A stretch of DNA of 64,000 nt from Nemertoderma westbladi (GCA_032718475.1 JAUCBJ010000246.1:1-64000); one strand, 5' to 3'. Counted from the stretch's first letter, positions 24,251-37,379 are shown. Numbers and translations: made by a program. The notes: generated by a model from the sequence alone, not told the origin.

Positions 24251-27200
24251 AACGATGTGAATGAGAACATTGCTGTAAAAGATTTCGAAAAAAGTGTTAC
24301 TTTTTCTTGCACTCCCTTGCTCTATGTCCACTCATTACAAAACGCGAGCAGATATTATTGCTCAACGCATAATCTATCTGATCTTGCCTAGGTAGCGCCT
24401 GCCAGTACCTGCAGTTCATGGTTTGATGAAGCGCATTTGCGTGTAGCTGGCATTTGCTCTTTGGGTCGTAGCCCTCTTTATACAGTGCATTGCGTATCGC
24501 AGTTGCGTTCGTACCAAAGTCCCTACTATTCTTATTGTTTGGATTCAGCCTACTGGACGTACTGGGGTTATGTTTATTCGTGCTGTTATTGTTCCCCTGT
24601 CCGTTCCATGGTGTTGTCTCATCTTCGGCTAGCTGTGGACTTGCAGTCCCCTGCGTCGCTGCATATGGCAATGATTGCCTGAGTCTTGGTAATGCGTTTG
24701 ATGTATTGTGCTCTGGTTTCGGTCTATGGTAATCCGTCTTCGGTCCCTTTCCCAGGCTATCTTCGCTGTAGACTGGGTCAGTTATTAGCTCAGCCTCGTA
24801 GTTTAAGAAGTTTGACATTTCTTCTAAACCCGGTTCCGCACCCTTCTTGTCTCGAGTGGAGAAAGCAATTTTCCTCCACTTGTTGCGCATCCAACTCGGT
24901 AGTGCCTGCGCTATCGTGGTGATGTTATTGGACGCATTGAGCTCGTATGGCGCGTCTAGCGTCTTCAGCACGATCAGTGCCTTTTCGACTTTGTTAGCGA
25001 ACGTCTTAATGCTAACGGGATTATCCTGTAGGCCAACCGATGTTATGCCCCTCAGCGTCTGCCTGATGATCTTGGCCGGGTGCCCGTATTCCCTATCCAG
25101 TGCCCGCCATGCTGTCGTGAAGCCGCCCTCTATTCCTTGATATTGCCTCACGATATCGTATGCTGGGCCTCCCGTATATACTTGCAGATACTTTAGGCAC
25201 TCCGCCTGCGTCAAGTTTTTTGTTAGTATTTCGTTACTATACATGCGCCGAAACTGTAGATATTCTTCCGGCCTACTCCCATCGAATTTGAATGGTTCCA
25301 CGGGTGGTAGCTCGATCCTCGTTTTCAACGCATCGATCAACGTGGCCATCCCCATCGCCTGCGCTTCCAATGGATTCGACGGGTGCTGTATAGTTTCTCC
25401 TGTCTGGTGCGGTTCGTCCGTCCTACTTCTTGATCTTCTCTGACTTGGGTATGTCATCGGGGGTAGCGGCCCCCTCCATATTTCTGTGTCACACGACCTG
25501 TTTTCATCTAAGGGTCTCGTTGTTCTTGCTCCTATCGGGGTATATTGTTGATATTGTGATGGGGGAATGTCACCCTGTCCCCCCCCCCCGCCGGTATGTT
25601 TGGTACTGGAGTTGATGTTAATATATTGGGGCCCATACACCTATCCGCAATAATTCCCCCCTCCCCTGGGTATATGTTATGTCCCTGCATGCTGTAGTCA
25701 TACTGCTGTACTGGTACTGGTATAGGCCTATCAGCTTCTGGCCTACTCGCCGGTATGTATTCCGCGACTTCCGGGTTTAATCCCGTTGTCCACGCTATCC
25801 TATCGCCTACATTGCCTCTCTCAGTATGGCCTATGGTATGTGCAGTAAGGCCTATAGTATGTCCTACAGTCTGCATGTGTCGCTCGGGATCGAAGTTTAT
25901 TCTTCTCGAGTAGTCCTCCCCGCGGCTACCGTATTCTCGATCGGTAGGTATATTCCGTCGGAAAGTTTCTCTTCGACCCCCCTCTCTACTGTTCTCATCT
26001 TCGTACCGGTACATCGCGTACCCCTCTCTCGGCGCGTAGTGCACCTCACCGGGTCTCATCTCTCCAGGGCGACGGCAATCTCCCGGAGTCCAACCCCACT
26101 GACTCTCCGTTCTCATCTCGACTACCGACGGCTCGCTATCCGTCCTCGCTCCTCTACCGTTCGCGGCGATACCTCTACTACTGTCTTCTCTTCTTCTCCT
26201 TTCAGTGGAATATTCCCGTTCGTGAGATCTCTCGTCGACCTCCCGGTTAAACCCCACTGTTCTTCTTCCCTCTTCTGATCGGGCTCGACGCTTCGTCCGC
26301 CCTCTTACGACGTCAACCTGTCTCTCTCTGCTCGGTCGCACGCCGCTGGGGATACTCGCAATCCCCCTATTACTTTCCGTCGCCGGTTGTTGCGGTTTAC
26401 CTATTTCGGCCCTCGCATTATCCGCTGATGGCTGTGGGACACTCTCTGCCCCCCCCCCCCCTTTCGCCGCTAACTCGCTGTTGTGGGGCTCTCGTAGCCC
26501 CCCCCCCCCCCCCCCCCACTCGCCACATCTAACTTCGCTATCCCTCACCCCGCTACTATATCCCTCTCTAGTCGACACATCAACCCTACCGCGGTCGGGT
26601 CTATTTACCCCCGCCTCTCCCTCTGCTATTGCGTGGCCTACCAGGCCCTCTGCACCCTGCCTACCAACTATGTGGCCTACCAGGCCCTCGCTGGGTCTAT
26701 TCAACCCAGCCACCCCCTGCCTACCAACTACGTGGCCTACCAGGCCCTCGCTCGGTCTACCTAACCCAGCTACTCCCTGCCTACCAACTACATGGCCTAC
26801 CAGGCCCTCGTCTGTCTGGCCATACACGCCCGACGTGTTTACGTTAATAGCACCCATATCGGAAACGGAACCAATTTGTTCGTTCGAAACAAACTCATTT
26901 GAATTACTTTGCGCGACTACACCATCTGAATTATTTTGTAAATTCGGGCTCGGATCATTATTTAAGTTATTTGGAATATTTTGTGTAATTGCGTTACTTA
27001 AATTATTTTGTAAGTTCGAATTTGGGTTATTACTTTGATTATTTGGATTATTTTGCGTAGCTACATTAATATTAGAATTATTTTCTACATTAATATTAGG
27101 ATTGTTCTGATTTAAATTTAAATTACTACCACTAGGTAAATTATTTCCTGCAATAAAGGTTTGATTAGAATTATCCCATACGGTACTATTAATATTAACC

Positions 27201-28011
27201 ACGTCTACTGTACCATTATCATTATTACCCCCCCCCCCCCCCGCCCGTACGGTCACACCAGTTTTGGGTCTGTCGTGCGGTCCCTGTGAGTGGGGTATTA
27301 ATAAATGTATCCACGGCCCCTGGCTCCCCTAGAATACTCGAGCCAGTCCCGCTCTCAGACGCCCCCGCCCGCACCCTTTGCAACTCGTGCGCGCGTCTAA
27401 TCCTATGTTCCGAAAGCTCACTTTGGCGTCTCTCTAATTCCTTCTGCTCTCGCTCAGCTTCTGCCATTCTCCTCTCACACTCCCGCGCGTCCTGGCCAGC
27501 CAACTCTGCTACTCTCCTAGCGCTCTCCCTTCGTCTCGCTTCACGCTCTCTGCGTTCACTTTCCTCCCTCGCCTCACGTTTCTCGCGTTCCGCCTCATGT
27601 TCCTTTCGTTCACTTTCCTCCCTCGCCTCACGTTTCTCGCGTTCCGCCTCACGTTCCTTTCGTTCACTTTCCCACTTCGCCTCACGCTCCTTGCGTTCAC
27701 TTTTCTCTCTCACCTCACGTTTCTCGCGTTCACTTTTCTCTCTCACCACACGCTCCTCTTGTTCCTTCAACTCTATTTCATCATACTCCCTAAGGCTTCT
27801 CAAAGCCCTTTCGGCCTTCTCTCCGGTTTCTCTAATCAATGGCGCTTCCCTCTCTAGCCGCATTCTCCCCTCCTCTAGCCGTTTATCCATTTCCCTCTGA
27901 CCTTGCTCTATCAGCTCGAGACGGTACGCGGCACCTGCCTCTCTCACCAGTCTTTCTTTCGCGGAGGATGTAGCAGACTTATCGGTCACGACGGACTCCC
28001 TTCGCCTCCCC

Positions 28012-28550
28012 TGTGACGGGATCCGAGAGTATCCCGGTTTATCCGGTGTTGTTTCGTACGCGTCCCCGCCGTGTGAATGAAAGAAAAGAGTTTGTCGTTC
28101 TTCCAGTGTTATTGATAATATGTATATGAGATAGACGGAGTAATGCAGTAATGATAGCACAGTATACCGGTAGTGATATGGTAGTATATATTGGTGACGG
28201 CGGTGATGGTCTTAACTGTCACCGTTCTGCCTGACTGTACTGAGATGACTGAATGGGTATTGCATCGACCGGTAATATATATTGCACGGTGGCCTTATAA
28301 CTCTACCTAGCCGATGCCTTCCCCCCATTGGCTAATATCCCTGTTGGCACCCTTTGGAGTGTTTCCCTTCACTCCTTGTGTTCTCTCTCGGTTAGGGGTT
28401 TGGCCCCTGACCCTCCATTGTGTGTTTCTCCTTCCCTTCCCACTTTATTGGGGTGACACGAGGTTGATATTGGTAATCAACCTCGTGCTCCCAATATTGC
28501 TTAATGGCTCACTCTATGGGTTTGTGTTAGCGGAATTGGATAAGCTAACA
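28012..28550 (-). repeat. 3' LTR of the inner element
   Basis: Matches 35114-35652, with one mismatch seen (28030 T vs 35132 G). Confidence 0.97.
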
Positions 28551-28590
28551 CTCCCCCCCATGCTATCTTCCCGGTAAGAAGATAGCATCC
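28551..28590 (-). other. Polypurine tract preceded by a perfect hairpin
   Basis: Minus strand ATGCTATCTTC-TTACCGG-GAAGATAGCAT-GGGGGGGAG|TGTTAGC. Confidence 0.88.
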
Positions 28591-29164
28591 AACTAAAGTG
28601 CGCTACAATTCCGCTGGAACTCGATCTATTATCGGGTGTGGGGTGGGGTTATTTTCTTGGAGTCGGCTTTCCAGGCCGCTCCCTATGGGTATGATGTCAC
28701 TACCCTCTGGCGTCTCGTGTCGGGCCGATCGTGCGCTTCTCTCACACAATTTTTGTTTCCCCAACACTCTCGCCACTCTAACTTCGCTCTCTAACTCAAC
28801 TCGCTCTCTCCCCACTCTTACACTCTCCCCACACCTGAATCGCACTCTAACTTCTCGCCAACAGCTCTTCTCACTATCTCCTCTCTACTCTCTGCCACTC
28901 CCTAAGGCCCTAATCTCTAATGCTACCCCTGTGCTATCATACTATCTACCTTATCTAAGGTCTAACTTGCTAACTATCTAACTCTCTAACTCTACTAACT
29001 CTAACTCTACTACTCTACTCTACTCTCTGCTAACTCTTACTACTTCTAGCTCTAACTAAAAGCCTCTAACTTTCTACTAACTCTAACTAGAACTCTCTAA
29101 CTTTCTGCTAAGTCTACTAACTCTTTTCTAACTCTGACTAAAATCCTCCAACTAACTCTATCTC

Positions 29165-29790
29165 TATCTACGTGGCGCTAATGGTGCCCACAACCACAAC
29201 CGGTACTACGTACCCTCTTACTAACTCTACCTCCATCTACGTGGCGCTAACGGTGCCCACAACCACAACCGGTACTACGTACCCTCTTACTAACTCTACC
29301 TCCATCTACGTGGCGCTAACGGTGCCCACAACCACTCTGCTACTGCTTCTACTCTGCTACTATCTTTCTAACTCTACTAACTCTCTACTATCTCTAACTC
29401 TACTAGCTGGCACCCTATGTGCCCTCTCTACTACTCTACTCTCTGGCACCCTATGTGCCCTCTCTACTACTCTACTCTATCTACATCTCCACCTCAACTA
29501 ATACCTCTATCTACGTGGCGCTTCCGGTGCCCACAACCACTCTCTGCTACTACTTTCTACGTGGCGCTTCCGGTGCCCACAACCACTCTCTTACTACTTT
29601 CTACGTGGCGCTTCCGGTGCCCACAACCTCTCTCTTACTACTACTTTCTACGTGGCGCTTCCGGTGCCCACAACCCCTCTCTTACTACTTCTACGTGGCG
29701 CTTCCGGTGCCCACAACCACTCTCTACTACTACTTTCTACGTGGCGCTTCCGGTGCCCACAACCCCTCTCTTACTACTACTTTCTACTAA
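29165..29790. repeat. Tandem array in the 3' non-coding region (core ACGTGGCGC-N5-GTGCCCACAA; 59-bp and ~42-46-bp units)
   Basis: About 9 copies, directly visible. Confidence 0.92.
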
Positions 29791-30396
29791 CTATTATTTT
29801 TAATTATTTAATTATTTATTATTGTTTATTTAAATTAAATAATTATTTTTGTGGGAAGGGCGTCTCGCCCTCATTCCCACCCCCCTCAGTCCAAAATATT
29901 GGACGACTAAACCTCTTAACTAGGGCGATTCTTCCAACAGGCACTCTCCCACTGCTGCTCTTGTAGGTCCTGTAGGATTCGCCGCACTCTCTTCGCCAAT
30001 TCCATCTCACCAGGAATTGGTTCTCCCTCTTCTGCCACCCTGAAATCGGGTCTCTCCGCCGCCTTCTTAACTAGCTCGTCTCCTGGCATCAAAATGCCAC
30101 CTCCCTCCTTGTTGTCTCCCGCCGGCAGAATGAATAGAAAGTGAAAGAACAGGCAAAACAGGAGGTACAACACCAGTCCTACCCCTCTCCATCCTGCCTT
30201 CCTTCTCGACTTCCCCCTTGTCGGTATGCCTCTAAACCGGACCGGCATCTCTTCCGGACACTCCTCTAGACACTCCTCCAGACACTCCTCTGGAGTGTTG
30301 TCCTCCGGACACCTCGCCGTCCGCTCCGCTCCATCTCCATACCGATGCTTGCTGGGAAACCTACTCTCCTCTGCCCACTTTCTTACTGTCACCTCC

Positions 30397-33300
30397 CTAT
30401 CTGGCTCTACTATCTCCTGTTTCTCCTCTTCGTCCTCTGCGTCTGCGGTGCCTGGTATCATGCACCCAGATGTCTCTGTCACACTGCATGGGATGTTGAG
30501 TTTTAACTGGGCCGCTAAGCGTCCATCCGAACGGCGTGAGGATCGCCGTCGGGTCCCGCTGCCTGTCTTCGCCGAAGACCGTCTTCGTTCTCTCGTGGGC
30601 CGTCGGGCAGTCCATCCCTACTATAATGGACACCTTCCTAACGTCCACCTTTGGTATTGAGAAATCGATACCGTCCAGGAATCTATATTGCTCGACCTCA
30701 ATGTTGGTTGGTCGCCTGGCGTTGATGTTTATCGATTCTATGACGTGGATGGGGTCGATCGTCGCCCCATAGTCATATCCCGGTGCAATCGCTGCTATCC
30801 TGCACCGCCCCGCCCTCGTCTCCAGGACCTCATCTTTACTCGAGACGGTAGTCACCGCCATTCTATTCGGCCTTGTCTTTAGCCCTATCTCTTCGGCCAC
30901 CCAGTTCTCCACCAGCGTGAAGGCTGCTCCGCTGTCGACCAGCATTAATGTCGTTACTGATCGACCGCCCTCTCCTGATATCTTTACTGGTACTACCCCG
31001 AGTAGTACTTTTCTCTTCTTCTCCTCTTCTGTCGTGCTTGTGGCCATTGCCTGGCCTCCAGTCTCGGACTCTCTAACTGCTGTTTCTCTACACTCTCCGG
31101 ATCTGTGTCCTTCTACCACACATCGATGACATAGTCCGTTTGCGTCTGTGTAGGCTATACGATCTTGTTTGGGCAACGCTTGCCAGTGCTTACAACTCCT
31201 GGTCTTATGTGTTCCATCCCGATGTAATTGACATTCGAATCCTGGATTATAGCGTTCCCTGTATAGTCCCTCACGTATCGCGCCTAGGTTTATATGTACC
31301 GATTTAGTGTTTTGGTTGTCTGTATTCGGCCTACTGGGTACATTGGGATTATGTTTATTTATGGTGTTATTTTCTTTCTGTCCCTGCCACGGTGTGGCCC
31401 TGCTACCAGCTAACTGTGGACTAGCAGTCCCCTGTGTGGCCGCATGTGGTAGTGATTGTCCTACTCTCGGGAATGGATCTGCAGGATCGTGTTCGGGTTC
31501 ATGGCTTGTCCCCAAACTATCCTCGCTATAGACTGGGTCTGTTATTAATTCGGCTTCATAGTTGAGGAAGCTCGACATCTCTTCTAAGCCCGGTTCCGCA
31601 CCCTTCTTCTCCCGTGTGGAGAAGGCTATCTTCCTCCACTTCCTTCGTAACCAGATCGGCAGTGCCTGCGCTATCGTGGTGATGTTGTTAGACGCGTTGA
31701 GTTCGTATGGTGCGTCTAGCGTCTTTAACACGATTAACGCCTTCTCGACCTTGTTTGCAAAGGTCCTTATGCTAACGGGATTGTCCTGTAGGCCACCCGA
31801 TGTTATGCCTCTCAGGGTTTGCCGGATGATCTTGGCCGGGTGCCCGTATTCCCTATCTAGCGCCCGCCATGCTGTCGTGAAGCCGCCCTCGATGCCCTGG
31901 TATTGCCTCACGATGTCGTATGCTGGGCCTCCTGTATATACTTGCAGATATTTTAGGCACTCCGCCTGCGTCAAGTTCTTACTTAATATTTCGTTACTAT
32001 ACATGCGCCGAAACTGTAGATATTCTTCCGGCCTACTCCCATCGAATTTAAATGGTTCCACAGGTGGTAACTCGATCCTAGTTTTTAACGCATCGATCAA
32101 TGTGGCCATTCCCATCGCTTGCGCTTCTAATGGGTTCGATGGATGTTGTATAGTTTCTCCTGTTGGGTGCGGTCCGTCCGTCCTATCTGTTGTTGTCCTT
32201 GTTGCGTCGGATATATCATTGGGGGTAACGGCCCCCTCCATATTTCCGTGTCGCATGATCTGTTCTCGTCCAAGGGGTTCGATGTTCTCGCTCCTATTGG
32301 GGTATATTGTTGATATTGTGATGGGGGAATGTCACCCTGTCCCCCTCCCACCGGTATGTTTGGTACTGGGGTTGATGTTAATATATTGGGGCCCATACAT
32401 CTATCTGCAATAATTCCCCCCTCCCCTGGATATATGTTGTGTCCCTGGAAATTATAGTCATGCTGCTGTACCGGTACCGATATAGGCCTATTCACTTCTT
32501 GCCTACCTACCGGTATGTACTCCGCGACTTCCGGGTTTAATCCCGTCGTCCGCGCTACCCTATCGCCTACTCTATCTCTCCCAGCATGGCCTATAATAGT
32601 ATGTGCAGTAAGGCCTACAGTATGTCCTGCAGTCTGCATGTGCCCTTCCGAACCGAAGTTTATTCTTCGCGAATCTCGAATCTCCCCGCGACTACCGTAC
32701 TCTCGATCGGCAGCTATATCACGTCGGGAAGTTTCCCTTCGATCCCCTATCCTGCTCTCGTCTTCGTATCGGTACGTCCTGTACCCCTCTCTTGGTGTGC
32801 GGTGCGTTTCTCCGGGGCGACGGCAATCTCCCGAAGTTCGACCCCACTGACTCCCTACCTCCATCTCTACTATCGACGGCTCGCTATCCGTCCTCGCTCT
32901 CCGGTTGCTCCTAGCAACGACTCTTCTACTATCTTCCTTTCTTCTCTCTTCGACCTCTCGGTTAAACTCTGCTAATCTTCTTCTATCTTCGACCTCTCTA
33001 TTAAACTCTACTAATCTTCTCTCTTCTGACTGGGCTCGACGTTCCGTCGCCCGCCCTCTCGCGACGTCAACCTGTCTCTCTCTGCTCGATCGCACGCCGC
33101 TGGGGATACTCGCAATCCCCCTATTACTCTCCGTCGCCGGGTGTTGCGGTTTACCTAATTCGGCCCGCGCATTATCCGCCGACGCCTGTGGGACACTCTC
33201 TGCCCCCCCCTCTCTCGCTACTAATCTCTCGCGGTGGGGTGCCCGTAGCCCCCCCCCACCCGCCACTTCTAACTTCACTATCTCTTACTACACTTCTGCG

Positions 33301-35051
33301 TCCCTCTTGTCGGACACTCTCTACCCCCTTTCTCTCGCCACTAATCTTCTGTGGTGGGGCGCCCGTAGCCCCCCCCCACCCGCCACTTCTAACTTCACTA
33401 CCTCTTACTACACTTCTACACCCCTCTTGTGGGGCATTCTCTGCCCCCCCTCTCTCGCCGCTAATCTCATGTGGTGGGGCGCCCGTAGCCCCCCCCCCCC
33501 ACCCGCCACATCTAACTTCAATATCTCTTACTTCGTCTCTACACCCCTCTCTAGTCGACACACTGTCTCTACTACGGCTGGGTCTATTCACCCCCGCCTC
33601 TCTCCCTACTACTGCGAGGCCTACCAGGCCCACCCCGGGTTGGCTCAACCCCGCTACCTCCTGCCTACCAACTACGTGGCCTACCAGGCCGCCGTCGGGT
33701 TGGCTCAACCCCGCCACTTCCTGCCTACTAACTACGTGGCCTACCAGGCCGCCGTCTGCCGGGCTATACACGTCTGGCGCGTTCACATTAATAGCACCAT
33801 TCCCAATATTATTTGTTAATCAATTAAATTATTAGAATTTGAAACGGGATTATTATTTAAATTATTTAAGTTAGAATTATTATTATTTTCAAAATTTAAA
33901 TTGCTATTCGAATTATTTGAATTATTTTGATTATTCTGAATATTTGAATTAATATTATTATTTGAATTTAAACTTAAATTACTACTACCGGGTAAAATAT
34001 TTCCTGTAATAAAGGGATTAGGGTTATTTACTACGGTACTATTAATACCAATATTTCCTAACGCACTACTACTACCCCCCTCACCCGTACGGTTGCTGTA
34101 CGTACTGTACGTGTACCGCACGCTCTGTTCTCTTGCCTCACGCTCTTCGCGTTCACTCTCTTGCTCCTTCCTTCTCCCCATTATCCACTCTAATTCTTCC
34201 ATTTTTAATTTATATGCCATGCGTTCACTCTCTCGCACCCGTCTTTCTTTTGCGGAGGATGTAGCAGACTTATAGGTTGCGACGGACTCCCGCCGCCCCT
34301 CCGTCCTACTAACTTTCCCCCGCTCTCCGGGGTTCTCGCTGACCAACGAGACCGAATCCTCGGAGCTAACCTCGGATTCGCCCTCGTGCGGTCCCGCCCA
34401 ACCCACTAACTTAACTTCCCTGGCATCGACTAAGTATGGCCCTATGTACACTACACCAGGCCCCATACCCCTACGTTCCCATAGCCCAAACAGTTCGAAG
34501 GCAACCCCTCTCGCTCTCTCCTCGGCCAGTTCTCCCTGCCCAGAACGCACTAGGTAATCAAAGTATCTGTTCGACTCACCTAGTCGTCTCCTCAACTTCA
34601 CCTGGTCTATCTCAGCCCCTCCTCTAGCTTCCTTCAGTTGTTCCCGGGTCGCGGCGTAGGCTCGTCGAAGTCGATCAGAAACCCCGACATCCTCGTCGCC
34701 GACCTCTCCTCTCTCCCTCCGGGTTCGGCGTCGTACCGTCGGCTCCACCGTTGCCGTTCCGGTGGGCCGTTCGTCGCCCTCGGTCTGTGGCTGACCGGCG
34801 ACATCGGCATATCGACCGCCGCCCTGTGTCGACTCGTCTCTCTCCTCCCCCGTCTCGCTCTCTCCTCTACTCGACTCGCTCTCTCGCTGTAGACGACCCC
34901 CCACATCTTGGTTCGCCGGGTTGCTCGTTATCGACGTGGTCGACGTAGCATCGACCGGCGTCGTGGGTCCGTATCGTCTCGCCGTGGCCTCGCGGATCGT
35001 TAGATCGTCGTCCGGGGTCCGCGGCGGTGTCGCTTCTCCTCCTCTACTCAT
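30397..35051 (-). CDS. Bel/Pao Gag-protease polyprotein, broken into ORFs 33816-35051, 33172-33786, 32127-33278 and 30397-32256
   Basis: DUF1759-like capsid, CQLH..HKTRSC and CHRC..GH..C knuckles, protease LMLVDSGAAFTLV..IIVGMD..TPFGWTLSGP. Several breaks coincide with poly-C runs. Confidence 0.88.
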
Positions 35052-35113
35052 CTTCGTCTTCTGTGTTCTGTCTGTGTCTGGCAGTTACAGTTCGGCAGGC
35101 CTAGAGTTAAGAC

Positions 35114-35652
35114 TGTGACGGGATCCGAGAGGATCCCGGTTTATCCGGTGTTGTTTCGTACGCGTCCCCGCCGTGTGAATGAAAGAAAAGAGTTTGTCGT
35201 TCTTCCAGTGTTATTGATAATATGTATATGAGATAGACGGAGTAATGCAGTAATGATAGCACAGTATACCGGTAGTGATATGGTAGTATATATTGGTGAC
35301 GGCGGTGATGGTCTTAACTGTCACCGTTCTGCCTGACTGTACTGAGATGACTGAATGGGTATTGCATCGACCGGTAATATATATTGCACGGTGGCCTTAT
35401 AACTCTACCTAGCCGATGCCTTCCCCCCATTGGCTAATATCCCTGTTGGCACCCTTTGGAGTGTTTCCCTTCACTCCTTGTGTTCTCTCTCGGTTAGGGG
35501 TTTGGCCCCTGACCCTCCATTGTGTGTTTCTCCTTCCCTTCCCACTTTATTGGGGTGACACGAGGTTGATATTGGTAATCAACCTCGTGCTCCCAATATT
35601 GCTTAATGGCTCACTCTATGGGTTTGTGTTAGCGGAATTGGATAAGCTAACA
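35114..35652 (-). repeat. 5' LTR of the inner element
   Basis: TG..CA ends. On the minus strand: CCAAT, TATA-like (35376-35383) and TCAGT initiator (~35352) at canonical spacing. U5 terminal hairpin CGGGATCC-N4-GGATCCCG. Confidence 0.97.
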
Positions 35653-36433
35653 TCCCCGTCCTACTAACTTTCCCCCGCTTCCCGGAACTTCCTCCGACCG
35701 ACGAGGCCGAATCCTCGGGGTTAACCTCGGATTCGCCCCCTTCAGGTCTGTTCCAACCCACTAATTTTATACCCCGGGCATCGACCAAGTATGGCCCTAT
35801 GTACACTGACGCTACGCTAGGTTCCATACTCCCACATTCCCATAGTTCGAACAGTTCACTGGCAACCCCTTTCGCTCTCTCCTCGGCTAGTTCTCTCTGC
35901 CCGAAGCGCATCAGATAATATAAATGTCTGTCCGACTTACCTAGTCCTGACTTTAGTTTTACCTCGTCTATCGTCTTCCCCTTTCTGGCCTCGTCTAGTA
36001 GTCTCCGGGTCGCGTTGTAGGCCCGTCGAAGTCGCTCAGAAACCCCGACGTCCTCGTCGCCGACCTCTCGTCCGTCTCTCCGGGTTTGACGTCGTACCGG
36101 CGGACCCACCGTCGCCGTTTCGGTGGCCCGTTCGTCGCCCTCGGCCTGTGGCTGGCCGGCGACACCAGTGCGTCGACCCCCGTCCCGTGTCGACTCGTCT
36201 CCGTTCCAGGCCCCCCTCGTCCTGAACTGCCGGATGACCCGTTACCGATGGGTCCGGCGTTGTGGGCCTGTATCGCCTGGTTGTGGCCTCGCGGATCGTT
36301 AGCTCTTCGTCCGGGGTCCGCGTCGGTGTTATCTCTCCCGACTGACTCATCTCGGTTGGTGATCGGTGGAGTTCAGCTAGCTAGGGCAGCAGTTGTTGCA
36401 GTTTAACTAGGGCAGCAGCTCGGTTTTAGTTAC

Positions 36434-36972
36434 TGTGACGGGATCCAAGAGGGATCCCGGTTTATCCGTTGTTAGTTTACGCGTCCCCGCCGTGTATAAA
36501 GAGTGAATGAGTTTGTACTGTCCGTCGTATATAATATTTAGGTATACAGATATAGATATAGATGTGAGATAATATTGTTGTATATGGAAGGCGGGATACG
36601 GTAACTAAAGTCCCGGTCCTTCCCTAGCTAAACTATGTAACCTAAACTAGCACCAGTATTGCACTGAGATAACTGAATTGATATGATTACTGCCAAGTGG
36701 CTATATTGCACGGTTGGCCTTGTTACTCTACCTAATCGATGCCTTTCCCCCCTCTGATTGGTTGATACCCTTGTTGGCGCCCTTTGGAGTGTTCCCGTTC
36801 ACTCCACCTGTTCTCTCTGGGTTAGGGGTTTGGCCCCTGACCCTCATTGTGTGCTTCTCCTTCCCATTCTTATTGGGATGGCACGAGTTGGTTAATTACC
36901 CAATCTCGTGGCTCCCAATATTGCTTATCGGCTTAACTTTATGGGGTGTTAGCGGGATTGAATAAGCTAACA
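36434..36972 (-). repeat. 5' LTR of the outer element (diverged homologue of the inner LTR)
   Basis: Same termini (TGTGACGGGATCC...TAAGCTAACA) and same 539-bp length, diverged middle. Confidence 0.95.
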
Positions 36973-37227
36973 CACTGTCTAAGTCGCCGAGCACAACTTT
37001 GCGATCATACGCGCCCTCCCGGCGAATAGTCTTTGAAGCAGGGCCCGAAAACCCACTGCCACTACCCCCGGTACGCGACCAACTCGGATGAAGTTCACGG
37101 CTTTCTCTACCATGGCAACCATGAGTATGATGCCAATGATAACCGTATCGGTTGGGTCAATATTCCGATCCGATCCGGAAAGTACCAACTCCTGGAGAGT
37201 GATGCGGCATCCTCTCAATCGCGCTGC

Positions 37228-37360
37228 AGGAGCTGGTGCTTGGTCCCGTACTGGTCCTGGGTTCTGTACTGGTGCTGGGTCCCGTACTGGTCCTGGGTTC
37301 CATACTGGTGCTGGATCCCATAATGGTCCTGGGTTCCGTACTGGTGCTGGTACTGGTGCT
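37228..37360. repeat. 36-bp (2 x 18-bp) minisatellite TACTGGTGCTGGGTCCCG/TACTGGTCCTGGGTTC
   Basis: Directly visible. Confidence 0.85.
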
Positions 37361-37379
37361 GTAAACGTACCTAATTTAC

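Larger units (their letters stand above)
28012..35652 (-). mobile_element. Complete non-autonomous Bel/Pao element (Gag + protease only), 7.6 kb, TSD TCCCC
   Basis: Two 539-bp LTRs with TG..CA ends. TCCCC at 28007-28011 and 35653-35657. PPT next to the 3' LTR. No RT, RNase H or integrase motifs. Confidence 0.95.
24297..36972 (-). mobile_element. Outer Bel/Pao element (5' LTR + gag), 3'-truncated and interrupted by the 28012-35652 element
   Basis: gag starts at 36350 (MSQSGEITPTRTPD) and resumes at 28011 after the insertion. PPVEPFKFDG..F..LDREYG (DUF1759-like), then CQLH..H..C and CSRF..GH..C knuckles. Ends near the RTE fragment with no 3' LTR. Confidence 0.88.

Noticed and set aside
27225-28160. 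311-aa ORF starting inside the LTR
   Set aside because: Chimeric reading frame from the inner 3' LTR into the interrupted outer gag.
25560-33500. Programmed frameshifting between gag ORF pieces
   Set aside because: Breaks fall mostly in long poly-C/G runs and differ between the two related elements. Sequencing error or slippage mutation is more likely.
25826-34950. Many plus-strand ORFs (e.g. 27286-27900, 31562-32413, 32905-33819)
   Set aside because: Antisense shadows of GC-rich, repetitive gag sequence.
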